Source: Phoronis australis
Taxonomy: Eukaryota; Animalia; Phoronida
Length of the DNA stretch: 64,000 nucleotides
NCBI GenBank assembly: GCA_002633005.1
Contig: NMRA01000108.1
Coordinates: 823,855-887,854 of the forward strand
Reading direction: 5' to 3'
Positions 1 to 10,627 of the stretch are shown one piece after another. The notes under the pieces were generated by a model. It did not search any database. It was not told the DNA's origin and saw only the letters and a list, made by a program, of their open reading frames with translations. Position 1 is the stretch's first letter. Each line of letters opens with the position of its first letter. The translations under genes were made by a program, and so were the position numbers.

Positions 1-455
1 TCTCGTGGCCTTGGGGATTGAAACTGATGATGGGCGTGAACTGAAGAACTAATGATGGGACAGTTCTCCTCAAAACTAGAAATTCCTTCTAACTAGAGTA
101 TGGAGGAAGATGAGACGGGTGTTATTTTTGTACCATTATGTGGCCTAAGTCAAATTTTGGAAGGTAAGTTGACTAAAATAAACACCCAAGTTGGACTTGA
201 TTTGTTGTAAATTTGTTATTGCTAGATATAGGCAACCTATGTTTTGATACGAGATTGGATCTTGTGTTTTAAACTTGAAAACACTTGATCTTGCTGTTAA
301 TGTAGGTACTGTGTTGATTTTGTGCATATATTAGTTTTTCTCCCCCTCATCAACTAGGGGGCAGTAGAAGTCTCTGGCCCTGCCTCAATTATTGTCTTTA
401 CTTTGCATGCGTGTCCCATTCATACCATCACTTCACGTTGTTTTTGCACCACTAG

Positions 456-594
456 GTGACACTACAAGGTATACCCTCCAACCCAGAAGAGCTGGACAAC
501 TACTACAAGAACAGGGGTCCCATACCCAAATTCTCGAATAACTTTGGCTGTATTCAGGATGTTGTTGGATTCAAGTCGGACGTGTCAGCACTAG
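456..594 (+). CDS. Internal exon of an alpha2-delta/Cache-domain-like (CACNA2D/CACHD1 family) protein; gene begins upstream of the window
   Basis: Acceptor ...caccactag| and donor ctag|gtaagc. Reads VTLQGIPSNPEELDNYYKNRGPIPKFSNNFGCIQDVVGFKSDVSAL(G). Ends in phase 1, matching the next exon. Confidence 0.8.
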
Positions 595-1332
595 GTAAGC
601 TACCTCTAGAGAAGAAGTTAGTCTCCATACTATTCGAAATATGATTGTTTAACCCTCTGAATTTGTCGACACTTCCCGTGTAACAATAAAATATCGCTTA
701 CTCATTGCGTGATTCAATTTCCTGACTTGTTCCAGAAATGATGCTGAAAATTTTCCTCTCGAAGTAATCGCATAGTTGTTATTTATGTTTAGAACCCATC
801 TTGGTTTGTTTTAATTTGTGAATGAGGAAAGGCGGAAATCGATATCAGTCACAGGACAGTCCCAAATGTTAAGAATTTGCAATTTTGTTCTGAAAATGCC
901 AAAGGAATACCTCGTGAGTGTTATGCCACGGTTGCATGTGTGTACAAAGCTCCAGAAAATTTTGCCCGAGTTCCGACAGACATTTGCAAATCATCAACGC
1001 AACGTAACTCCTAAAAAGGTTTATTCAGTAGTTTGGTATGATGTACCTTTGACGTTTTGGAGCATGTCAAATAAAATTAATATGCCTGAATTAAAAGCAA
1101 CAATAATTAAGTTGGATTTTCATAGCGCAGCAAATTATTAAGCACTTCAAAAGGTATTTCCAGGCTATGGATATGGTAAATCTTAATCCTTCACAACACC
1201 CTGGCAGCATGTAATGGATGCAACCATTGTTATCTTACACTGATTAATCCAAACAATTAACGTTGTAAGCATTTTAAGTGCTTAAGTGCCCCCGTGGAGA
1301 CTTGAATGGGAAAGAATCCAAGACGTGTGGAA

Positions 1333-3308
1333 TTTTTATTCGCCCACATATTTATATGTGGACGCATTGTGCTGTCATCTCTGTCCGTCCATCCGTCCGT
1401 ACCGGCGGCGTCCGTCCGGCGTCTGGCTTCCGGCGTCCGCTGCTTTATCTCCAAAACCCTTTGACATATGTTCATGAAATTTGGCACATATGTTCCATTC
1501 ATGAATGGGACGGCATGTGCGAACTTTCGGACGGATCCGACTACCGATGTGCCCCCTAGTGGCAATTTTAGTTTTTTACACTTACCTTTGTATCTTCAAA
1601 ATTCCTGAACGGATTTTCATGAAATTTGGTATGTAGGCACTTATTAGTGAGGTGACGCTATCCTCCTGTTTTCAGATGGATTCGACATAGTTTGCGCCAC
1701 CTAGTGGCCATTTTTAGTGTTTTTGAGTGTGTTTTTGTGCGTCAACCCCTCTCTATCAACCAAACCGCTCAAAGGATGATTGTGAAAATTGGCATGTATA
1801 TGCTTACTAGAGAACGATTGACGATGATTTTCGGACGATTTCGACTACTGTGGCGCCTCCTAGTGGCAGTTTTTTTTTTTCGCCTATCGCTGTATCTCTT
1901 AAACCGTTCGGAGGATCTTTACGAAATTGTGTAAGTATATTTATATGATGTTAACAACAGAACATGACGACTTTTGGACGGATCCGACTACCGGTGTGCC
2001 CCCTAGTGGCAATTTTAGTTTTTTACGCTTTCCTTTGTATCTTCAAAAGTCCTGAACGGATTTTCATGAAATTTGGTATGTAAGCACCTATTAGTGAGAT
2101 GACGCTATCCTCCCGTTTTCAGATGGATGCGACATAGTTTGCGCCACCTAGTGGCCATTTTTACTGTTTTCGAGTCTGTATTTTTACGTCCACCCCTCTA
2201 TCAACCAAACCGCTCAAAGGATGGTTGTGAAAATTGGCATGTATGTGCTTACTATAAAGAAGACAGCTGACAATGATTTTCAGACTATTTCGACTACTGT
2301 GGCGCCTCCTAGTGGCAGTTTTGTTTTTTTTCGCCTATCGCTGTATCTCTTAAACCGTTCGGAGGATCTTTACGAAATTTAATAAGTGTAATTATATGAT
2401 GTTAACAACAGACGATGACGACTTTTGGACGGATCCGCCTACCAGTGTGCCCCCTAGTGGCAATTTTAGTTTTTTACGTTTACCTCTGTATCTTCACAAG
2501 TCCTAAACGGATTTTCATGAAATTTGGCATGCAGGCACCTATTAGTGCGATGACGCTATTCTCCCGTTTTCGGATGGATTCGACCTAGTTTGTGACACCC
2601 AGTGGCCATTTTTACTGTTTTTGAGTCTGTTTTTTGGCGTCCACCCCTCTATCAACCAAACCGCTCTAAGTATGATTGTGAAAATTGGCATATATGTTCT
2701 TACTATGAAGAGGACGGTTGACGCTGAATTTCCCATGACTTTGATTACTGTGGAGCCTCCTAGTGGCAGTTTTTTTTTGCGCCCATGGCTGTATCTCCCA
2801 AACCGTTTGCAGGATCTTTACTAAATTTAGCAAGTGTATTTATGTGATGTTGACAACGGACGATGACGACTTTAGGATGATTCTGACTACCGGTATGCCT
2901 CTAGTGGCAATTTAAGTATTTCACATTGACCTCTGTATTTTCATAGGTCTTCAGGTGTATACTTTGTGTTACCTTGTGACTATGAAGGAAAAGTTCCAAG
3001 TAGAAATTTGTTTCTGGCATTCTAATGCTGTGCTAATCTCCTATGTTGGTAAATTTGTTTTTAATTCTATGTTTCTGTGGTGCTTTAAGCAACTGATGCA
3101 TAGGATTTGCTTGTATTATGAAGATCACTCACATTTTGAAATCTAGCCTATTGAGGAGACAATGACCATGCCTTTCCATTTTGCAAAGTACAACATACTA
3201 CATATATGCCCTCTACTGGCCACTTTATGGTACCAATAAACAACCCTAGAAGGATACCGTATACGGTGCAATTGTGGGCGGATTGCAACGCTCTGCGTTG
3301 CTCTTGTT
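1333..3308. mobile_element. Non-autonomous Helentron/Helitron-associated element (HINE, DINE-1/CvA-like) with internal tandem array
   Basis: 5' T-run, subTIR ATTCGCCCACA (1338-1348) with adjacent inverted copy (ccacata-ttta-tatgtgg) and a GTCC microsatellite (about 1383-1420). Tandem core. 3' subTIR TGTGGGCGGAT (3273-3283), hairpin GCAACGC-tct-GCGTTGC (3285-3301), end TCTTGTT. No coding capacity. Confidence 0.85.
1445..2950. repeat. Higher-order tandem repeat: about 3.3 copies of a ~448 bp unit built from three related ~145/160/144 bp monomers
   Basis: Anchor motif (G)YGCCNCCTAGTGGC at 1549, 1694, 1853, 1996, 2141, 2302, 2447, 2592, 2753 and 2895. Every third monomer is near-identical (periods 447, 451, 448). 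Confidence 0.92.
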
Positions 3309-3714
3309 GAAAATGTGATGAGACTGTATATTCCTGTTCTTTGTGAGCTGAAATCGCATCATAACATTGTCAGACACGTCACCACTAAGTATCCTTATCT
3401 ACGAATTGACCTGTTGCCAGGATTTTGAGTGACGGCTTAAATGACCAATCTCAAAGCAGCATTCTTGACACACCTTCGTTTCCACGCCACCAGTTTACCC
3501 GACAAACAACACATTGTCGGGTAAAACTTATTGTTTGATTGTCAGGTGTCACACGACTTTTTGGAAGGGGGCGGAGCTTGCGATAAGTCAATTGCACATA
3601 GTCCTGTGAGTTTGTGTCTTCACTTTGTTGTGGGCTGTCATAGGCAGGTAGAATACTACAGGAGTGAAGGGAAGAGTTTTACAAAAAGTTTACCGAGTTC
3701 TATTTCCGTTACAG

Positions 3715-3877
3715 GTCCAAGTGGGATGTTAACAGGCAATGTGTCTGGGCCATGTATGTCCGGTTTCTACTACGTCACTGCTCTACCAAAAACTAACCTG
3801 TTCCTACTGGTTATTGAGAATAAACGGACATTTGAAGGCACCATGTTTTTTGAGTTCAACTGTAGAGTTATGAAAAG
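3715..3877 (+). CDS. Penultimate exon of the alpha2-delta-like protein
   Basis: ttccgttacag| ... aaag|gtaggt. Reads GPSGMLTGNVSGPCMSGFYYVTALPKTNLFLLVIENKRTFEGTMFFEFNCRVMK. The C...(L)PxTNL(F/I)LLV segment resembles the delta subunit of CACNA2D proteins (recalled, not searched). Confidence 0.8.
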
Positions 3878-4567
3878 GTAGGTGAAAGTGCGTGTAATGA
3901 ATAGGTCCAGGTAAAAAGTGAAGTATTCCAAATATAGGTTGTGTGGACCAAACTAGTGACAGAAATAATTGATCAATGCCACCCAATGCTTTGAGTAAGG
4001 AATAAAAACTACGCAGGTTAACTTGTCTAAATTTTGTATTTAGAAAAATTTAGAAGGATTTTTATGATAGCACTGCGCGTGTGGCTTTAAACCACTTCAA
4101 GCTGTACTTCCGTTCTGGGCATTAAATTATTCAGCGATCACTAGACCACTTAAGTCCTAAAACAAATCTGCTGGACTCGTTCTAGGTCAAATTTGAAGGG
4201 ACAGGATTTCACCTGGCAACCATTTTTGAATTTCAACAGGACGGTTTCGACTGAAAGTGTTACTTCATGCTTGTTAAGAAATCGAAAATGACTCGTGCTC
4301 GTTGCTTGTTGCTTGGATCACTGGCTCATTTTGCTTTAATCCAGATATCATGAGCATGATAACGCTAAAAAACCCAAAATACTTCTGTTTAGAATTCAAA
4401 ATTAGCAGCTAAACAGTAGTGAAGTACCTCTTTAATTTTGATGGATAACTTTTAGTATTTTGGCTTTCTTTTGTAAATCATAGATTTAATGCTCGTAAAG
4501 GCGTTAATTGAAATTAAAATGTACTTAAACGTGACAGTGAATTTCCGTCCATTTTGTCTGATTTTAG

Positions 4568-4781
4568 TATTGCCAAGTCGGGGGCATATCGCATCATCAA
4601 TGGGACATGTGCACATCAAGACAATTCAGAGTCTACTCTAGCTGAACAGAACAAGTGTCCAAGGTTACGAGACATCAAACCGAACTGTACTTATACGGCA
4701 GCTACCTCGCACGGAATCTCATTAAGTCTTCTTGTAATCAGTATATCCTGGTGCCTTCTAAGGCTCAGGCCGAGTTCATGA
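4568..4781 (+). CDS. Terminal exon of the alpha2-delta-like protein with a GPI-signal-like C-terminus
   Basis: Acceptor gattttag|; phase 2 matches the previous exon (AG+T=Ser). SIAKSGAYRIINGTC...CTYTAATSHGISLSLLVISISWCLLRLRPSS*: small-residue stretch, then a short hydrophobic tail, then TGA. Confidence 0.8.
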
Positions 4782-5476
4782 CAACCCTTTGAGCACAGTT
4801 TCCTTTGGGATATTGATGAATAGGGGGCTTGATGTGCCAATGAAAAAGAATTGTCTTATTATTTCAGAAATAGTCATTTACAGGAGTCCTGTGTTTTGAG
4901 AACGAATTTTCTCTACCAAGTAAGAGGCATTGAAGTGGTTCTCAAAATCTGGGATCTCTTTAAGTAACTATTGCCATTAGAAAGCTGTTCACTTGCAAAT
5001 TGGTAGGCTGTGTGAAAAGCGTGCATTTATACACTGTAGACGAGTTTTTTCAGTAGCTCCACCTTGTGAGCTTGTTGCTTCTCATTCAATGCACTTGTCT
5101 AAGTAATACAATACTCGTTTACCCTTTTACAGTTCACAGTAAAGTTGACAAAAATTGTCCATCTTTATCAAAGTTTTCATGGAAATTCTGAAGAAAGCTG
5201 GACAGGAAATGACACTTAAGTCATTTGAAGATTAGCTGAAAGTTTTTGATTTGAAGAAATTTCGTCAATTTGCAAACTAAGCAGTTTTCTTGCAGTACTG
5301 TAAATGGCATTGTATGATTGCCGTCGGGAATTTCCTTTTGTGGTATTTGAGCAAACGTAAGCTGGCTTGCAAACCAGTGACGTCATGCTTTCATTGGCTG
5401 AACATGAAACACTTGTGCTGTTATTCTGTTCAAGAATATGTGGAACATAGTAATTCTAATTGAATATTACAGTACA

Positions 5477-5707
5477 GGGCCCTGTTCCAAGAAACTGACT
5501 TATTAAAGCTCTTACTCAAGTCTAAAATTTGTCACAACTTCCAATCTTTGAAACTCCCACATGCGGTAAGTCAAAATTAAGACAACACTTATGTCAAAGT
5601 TAAGATCTCTTTCTTGAAACGGTCTTGAGACAAATTTAAGTTTTGTCTTAAAATTTACTGAAATTTAAGATTTGTCGTAGCTGAATTAGTTTTCTTGGAA
5701 CGGGCCT
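5477..5707. mobile_element. MITE in the 3' UTR
   Basis: Imperfect terminal inverted repeats GGGCCCTGTTCCAAGAAAC / GTTTTCTTGGAACGGGCC; AT-rich interior with internal sub-repeats. Confidence 0.6.
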
Positions 5708-6249
5708 TAGAAATACACAGTAGTTTTAAAAAATGTTGACATATTCCATTAAAATTTTATTGGTATTAGCTGTTATGGTGAAAAAAGAGAAGGTTAAAAT
5801 TAGCATGCAATTATGCCTTCTGAATTTCCCTGAATATTGTTGAAAACATGTTGTCCATTTCTTGAAAAACTAGGGCCCATAATGTGAACAGCTAAGTGGT
5901 ATGGCTTGCAAAAAGGAACCAACAACTGTCGTCTCTAAACGGCAGTTCTAAATGATTATATTTTTAGTAATTGTTGAAGGACAAATAGCCTGCCGACTTG
6001 TTCACAGATTCACGTAGACTGATCCACAGTTTTAGTCCACCTGGTGTTTGTTCTGAGACAAATAAGTTCGCTCCTGACGCGGACCCAGGGTCTAATCCCC
6101 AGACTCAACTCAGACTTGGACTTTAATGAGTCGTGTTGCATGATTCAAGTGCAAATTTCTAAGATTACTCAAAGCATGCCATGGTCAACTTTTGGACCCC
6201 TGCTGTTGCAACTTGGAGTATAATTAAATTACAAATGAGTGAACCAAGA

Positions 6250-6483
6250 TAAGGCCAAAAAGGCATGGTTGGTTTAAGCGTAAATGGTGTGGGACTTGTT
6301 TTTTACTCATCACTTGGCAAATCATGGCGTTACAAACATTGCTTACTGTTGCTTACGTGCCTTTGTGCAGCTTTTCTAAAAAATAAACACAAGGCCTTGA
6401 CTGAAATTGTTGTAAGCCGATAAATGCAGGTCTCAAAATGAATGTGGAAAGAGACCAGAATCAATTTTCCTTTGTTGGCCTAA
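6250..6483. mobile_element. Degenerate MITE-like dispersed repeat (copy 1)
   Basis: Ends TAAGGCCAAAA ... TTGTTGGCCTAA. Shares blocks (tttttactcatca, tgcctYtgtgcagctttt, agaccagaatcaa) with 46863-47203. Confidence 0.6.
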
Positions 6484-8404
6484 TCATCAAAGACTGATTA
6501 CTTTTTAACGTTGGACTGCAATATATGATTTATAGTCTGTTGATTTGTTTCTACTAATTTGTTTCGAGTAGCATAATGAGGACTACCATTATTGAAGAGT
6601 GCAGAAGTATTGCGCTTTGAATACTTCGAACTAACTGTTATTTATTGTTTTTATAGATATATGTTTTATTGTTTGCTGTACTTTTATGGTGAACTGTCCA
6701 CTGTAGATCTGAAGAGTGATATTGTTTGTTGTGTCCCTGTAGTTTAATGTAGCACCCCTGTAGTACAGGTCAAATGTATTTAGACAAAATCTCCCTGTCA
6801 TGGTGGCTGGACGAAAGCCGAATTTATCGTCAGAGTAAGCTTCCCTTATAACCAAGAATGAAGAGAAATTAGCAGGAAAGGTAGCAAGGTGACTAAGACA
6901 TTCTGAATTTTGCCTCCATAATAATAACTACCATTAATTTTTGCAATTAGCAGAATTAGCCATCACGAAAATCTGTATTTTGTCTGATTACTTTTGTCTT
7001 GTACTGCATTAGTAAAGTTTTTTAAAAGTTATGTTATATGAAAGCGTGCAATACACTGATAGGGGTTCACTCATTCCTCCAATGGGCCTGCCTCTGAGTA
7101 CAAGCAAAAAACACTGAAGCCATATTTTTGGGGACTCAGTTGCGATTGTCTTTGGAAATTGCGACTGTCTCCCGTTGTACAGACATTCTAAATCTGCCAA
7201 TGTTCCCCCTATCACAAAATAGTCTGAAAAAACAGGTTTGCCAAAGATGGCAATTACTGCGTCGAGAGACTTTAAACCTGTGAACCCCCACCCCCGTAGG
7301 TCTGCCATTGCAATAATGTCCATCTTTTGGTGGTTATTAATACTTAACTTAAACTATCTTGTTTTCATAGATTTTTTGTGCCAGTGTAGGAATTCTTTTC
7401 AATTTGAATTGATGTATTTCTTCAACCATTATACATAGTTTTAGATTTATACCAAAGATATTATTCCAACTTTGTGTCCTGTGTTAGAATCTCATCACTC
7501 ACGTGTATTTTCTCTAGGTATTAAGTGTTGACATGGCGAAGAGCAGTTAGTTTTCTTTTTTATGTTAATATTAATTTTCCGAATCTGAGAAATATAAATC
7601 TAGTATTCAACATTTTTGGCCAATTTGTCGAAGTTGGGATGTTCTTTGAACACACGTCAGATATATTTACATGTGTGAACCGTATTCTGTGTATAAGATG
7701 AAGCCAACATCGATGTGGACTACACTACGTGCAATGTTTGTTTTTAGTGCAATATTCTCGATGAGTACAAGCAGGGTGTATATGAATGTTGTTCAATACT
7801 CTAGGACCGTAATTCATTTTGTTGGGACAGCCGCGTTCTCAGATGCTGTTTACAAATATTTCTATTTTTGAAAGGCTTAGAACCTTTCTGCAAACGATGT
7901 TGTCGTCGTGGTGAATTTCCAGTTGCCAACAATATTGTGAGCCAAATAGGTAAAGAATTACAGGACACAGTGCTAGTGGTTTACATTGTGTGTTGCATTT
8001 CACTTTTAAAACATGCAAGTGTGGGTAACTACCCGTGCACTATTCTGTACAGCGTTTAAGGAGTATTTGATTGTGAAGTGATGTATCTGCCACTATTACG
8101 ATGCGATTTCGTCCCATAAATAGGAATAAAAATGTCACATCACATTTTTGAAAAATTTTACAGGTCTTAGATTTTTTCAGGTAACCACGAAGCATAGCAC
8201 TTGAAATTTTTATAAAATTATTTGTTAGGATTAATCGGTGTCCTCTGACATCACTTGCACCCACTGTATGCTTTCTGGGAGTTGAGGAGTAAGATTGACC
8301 AAGTCCATTAGCCAGACAATAATTTTTCCAAATCCTTTATATTTTATGGCACCACATAAATGTGCCCCAATTACTATTTTTGTTTTAAATTTTATCATCT
8401 TAAC

Positions 8405-10500
8405 TTTATTTCACTGGGTTTAAAATGTCAAAATGATGTCGTACTAAACAAGCGAATACTAAAGAAGAACACTAAGTTAAAATGTCATTCTTTAATTAAC
8501 TGTATTTACAAGCCGATAGTTTACACCATACAATAACAACACAACAGTCGACATCAAATAACAAATACCATTTTCACTATTTTAGTTTATAAATAAACCA
8601 TTTAACATACTCTTACACCTTGCACAATAAAACATTTCAATATTGACAGCAAAAATTAACAACGATGATTATATAAATAGAAATTCTGAGGAAATGCATC
8701 ATTTGGTAACCGGTGACTACTGAATAATAACGTCTACAGTAAAACGTCTTCAGTTTGAGATTGAATATGGTAGACAGGTAGAAATTATTTTGGCAATTAT
8801 CTTAACAAAAAATAACTTCATTAAAATTTACATTGCTTCTACCATGGTTTGTTTAGTGTAGTTATTACATTTGGCAAATTTCTAATCATTTGCCACAAAT
8901 ATGAATGTTTTTGTCCCAAATTGAAGACTACCGTAGTCAATTTGTTCACACAACAGTCATGTGACCATTCGTCCTGTCTACATTCTCATTGGTTGAAATT
9001 TTACCAGCGTCAAACTAGACAGAAAAAAGAGTGAAGAATTTGGAAGGTGAAAATTGAAAAATTTATGTAATTTACTATTTTACTTCCTAAGATGATGGCA
9101 GCCTAAACATAACTAACAAACATTATGACGTTTTAATGAATTCACATGCAAACTTATATACATATAAATAATGATGCTTGATGGTTAAAATAATATTCAT
9201 AAATAGGCCGACTACAGTACAATAACAAAATATAACAGAAACAGTAATAATAATAAATAAGTGTGACCCTGCCAGTTGTACGACTTGTGTTCACATCGAA
9301 CTAGAACCTTGCCTACTATAGGAGAACTGTTTACAAAGTTGAATGTCTAGACGAACATCCCTATGAAACCGATTGAATGAGAATGTTGGTCTTTTCATGT
9401 CTCTCATCAGAAAGAAATGAACATACAGAATCTGTGAAATAATACGACTACGTCGACAACTAATAAGGGATGTCACAGCTAGTTACTTCAACATCGCTGG
9501 TTTAAGAGATTTTCTAACAGCCGTTTTAGGAGGTAGGGTAGATCGATGAGAGAACACATTGAATCTGCTATCGATGCTAAAAACCTGAGAACACTAGTGA
9601 TTGGGCGACTTGTGAAGAGTTCGTCACCATGCGTCTAATCTCAAGGGTAAATGAATGAACATTTTGGTTGAACACATCCAGAATGAGTTGTGGAGTGCTT
9701 CTTTAACAAAAAAAATTGGTTTTCAACAACTACATATAGCACCAAAGGGTTCCAGTGTAATCTCTGTTGAATAACAGGAAAACATTATTACCAAGATGGT
9801 TGCCAACCAACAGTTGGTTTTGGTATGCAATATCTTGACTTAACCTGTTATACTAACTAATACAGAACAATTTGGCATACATCAGATACATTCTAATTCT
9901 ACACAAATAGCCAGGTTTACGCAAATAAATGCTCATTCACCTTGGATTCACCAGATATTGCGAGTCATAATCAAATGAATTCAATACATTCGAAGTCCAA
10001 GGCACCAAACTATATACCGGTTTACTCTAGAACAATTTCTTCCTTCGATCATCTGAGTACTTAAACTACAAAGTACATAGAGACAAAACAGAGAGAAATG
10101 TTTTGATTTTGCTCTTGGGTATGTCTACCTAAGTCCATCAGTCAATGTGAATGGTGTCCTGCTACTACCACACTGCAACACTTCAGAACAGCTTCCAGCG
10201 CGGAGGCTGCGGTCGACTGCAAACGCTGCACACGGCGTTCTGTCAACTAGATTCACTGAACACCAAAGGCTCACTAAATCATCGCTACACTATTTCCCCA
10301 AAACTACTATTTAATTCCTTTCACCACTGGTTCAGATTGACGAAAACGACTACGAATGAATACGGAATTTAACACCTTCTATGTAATTTTGATTACCAGC
10401 ACTTTCGATTGGCTTGGGGACACGGCGATAATCATGGAACTAATCAGCCTCGACATGAACAATAGCACTTTGTTATGAGGATTGCATCAGTCATTTTGAC
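8405..10500 (-). other. Probable 3' UTR of the STARD13/DLC-like gene
   Basis: T-rich on the minus strand after the stop. Candidate poly(A) signals ATTAAA (8496-8491) and AATAAA (8410-8405); a Pumilio-type TGTAAATA at 8510-8503. Confidence 0.5.
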
Positions 10501-10627
10501 TCAGATTTTTGTCTCTGGTCCTTCGGTCATAATGTTCGTTGAAAGACGAAATGAGTCACTGATGCGCGAGACGAAATTCGCTGCCAAATGTCCGTATGAC
10601 TTGTTATACCACTCGGGTGATCGGCCC
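10501..10627 (-). CDS. STARD13: Terminal coding exon 14
   Basis: gtttacag|G GGC CGA...; GRSPEWYNKSYGHLAANFVSRISDSFRLSTNIMTEGPETKI* (class I PDZ-binding end). Confidence 0.95.

Larger units (their letters stand above)
4782..8130 (+). other. Probable long 3' UTR of the alpha2-delta-like gene, ending at AATAAA (8125-8130)
   Basis: T-rich non-coding sequence after the stop. AATAAA at 8125 lies just before the strand composition flips to the opposite gene's UTR. The end point is inferred. Confidence 0.45.

Noticed and set aside
818-1141. 107-aa ORF and most other 60-140 aa ORFs in the track
   Set aside because: Intronic or UTR location, no domain likeness and no splice support; expected by chance.
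1445-2950. CRISPR-like regular array
   Set aside because: Eukaryotic context, the spacers are themselves repeated, and there are no cas genes; it is a transposon-internal satellite.
4779-4823. Stop-codon readthrough at TGA-CAA
   Set aside because: Context is CAACCC, not CARYYA; the extension is short and no stimulating structure is seen.
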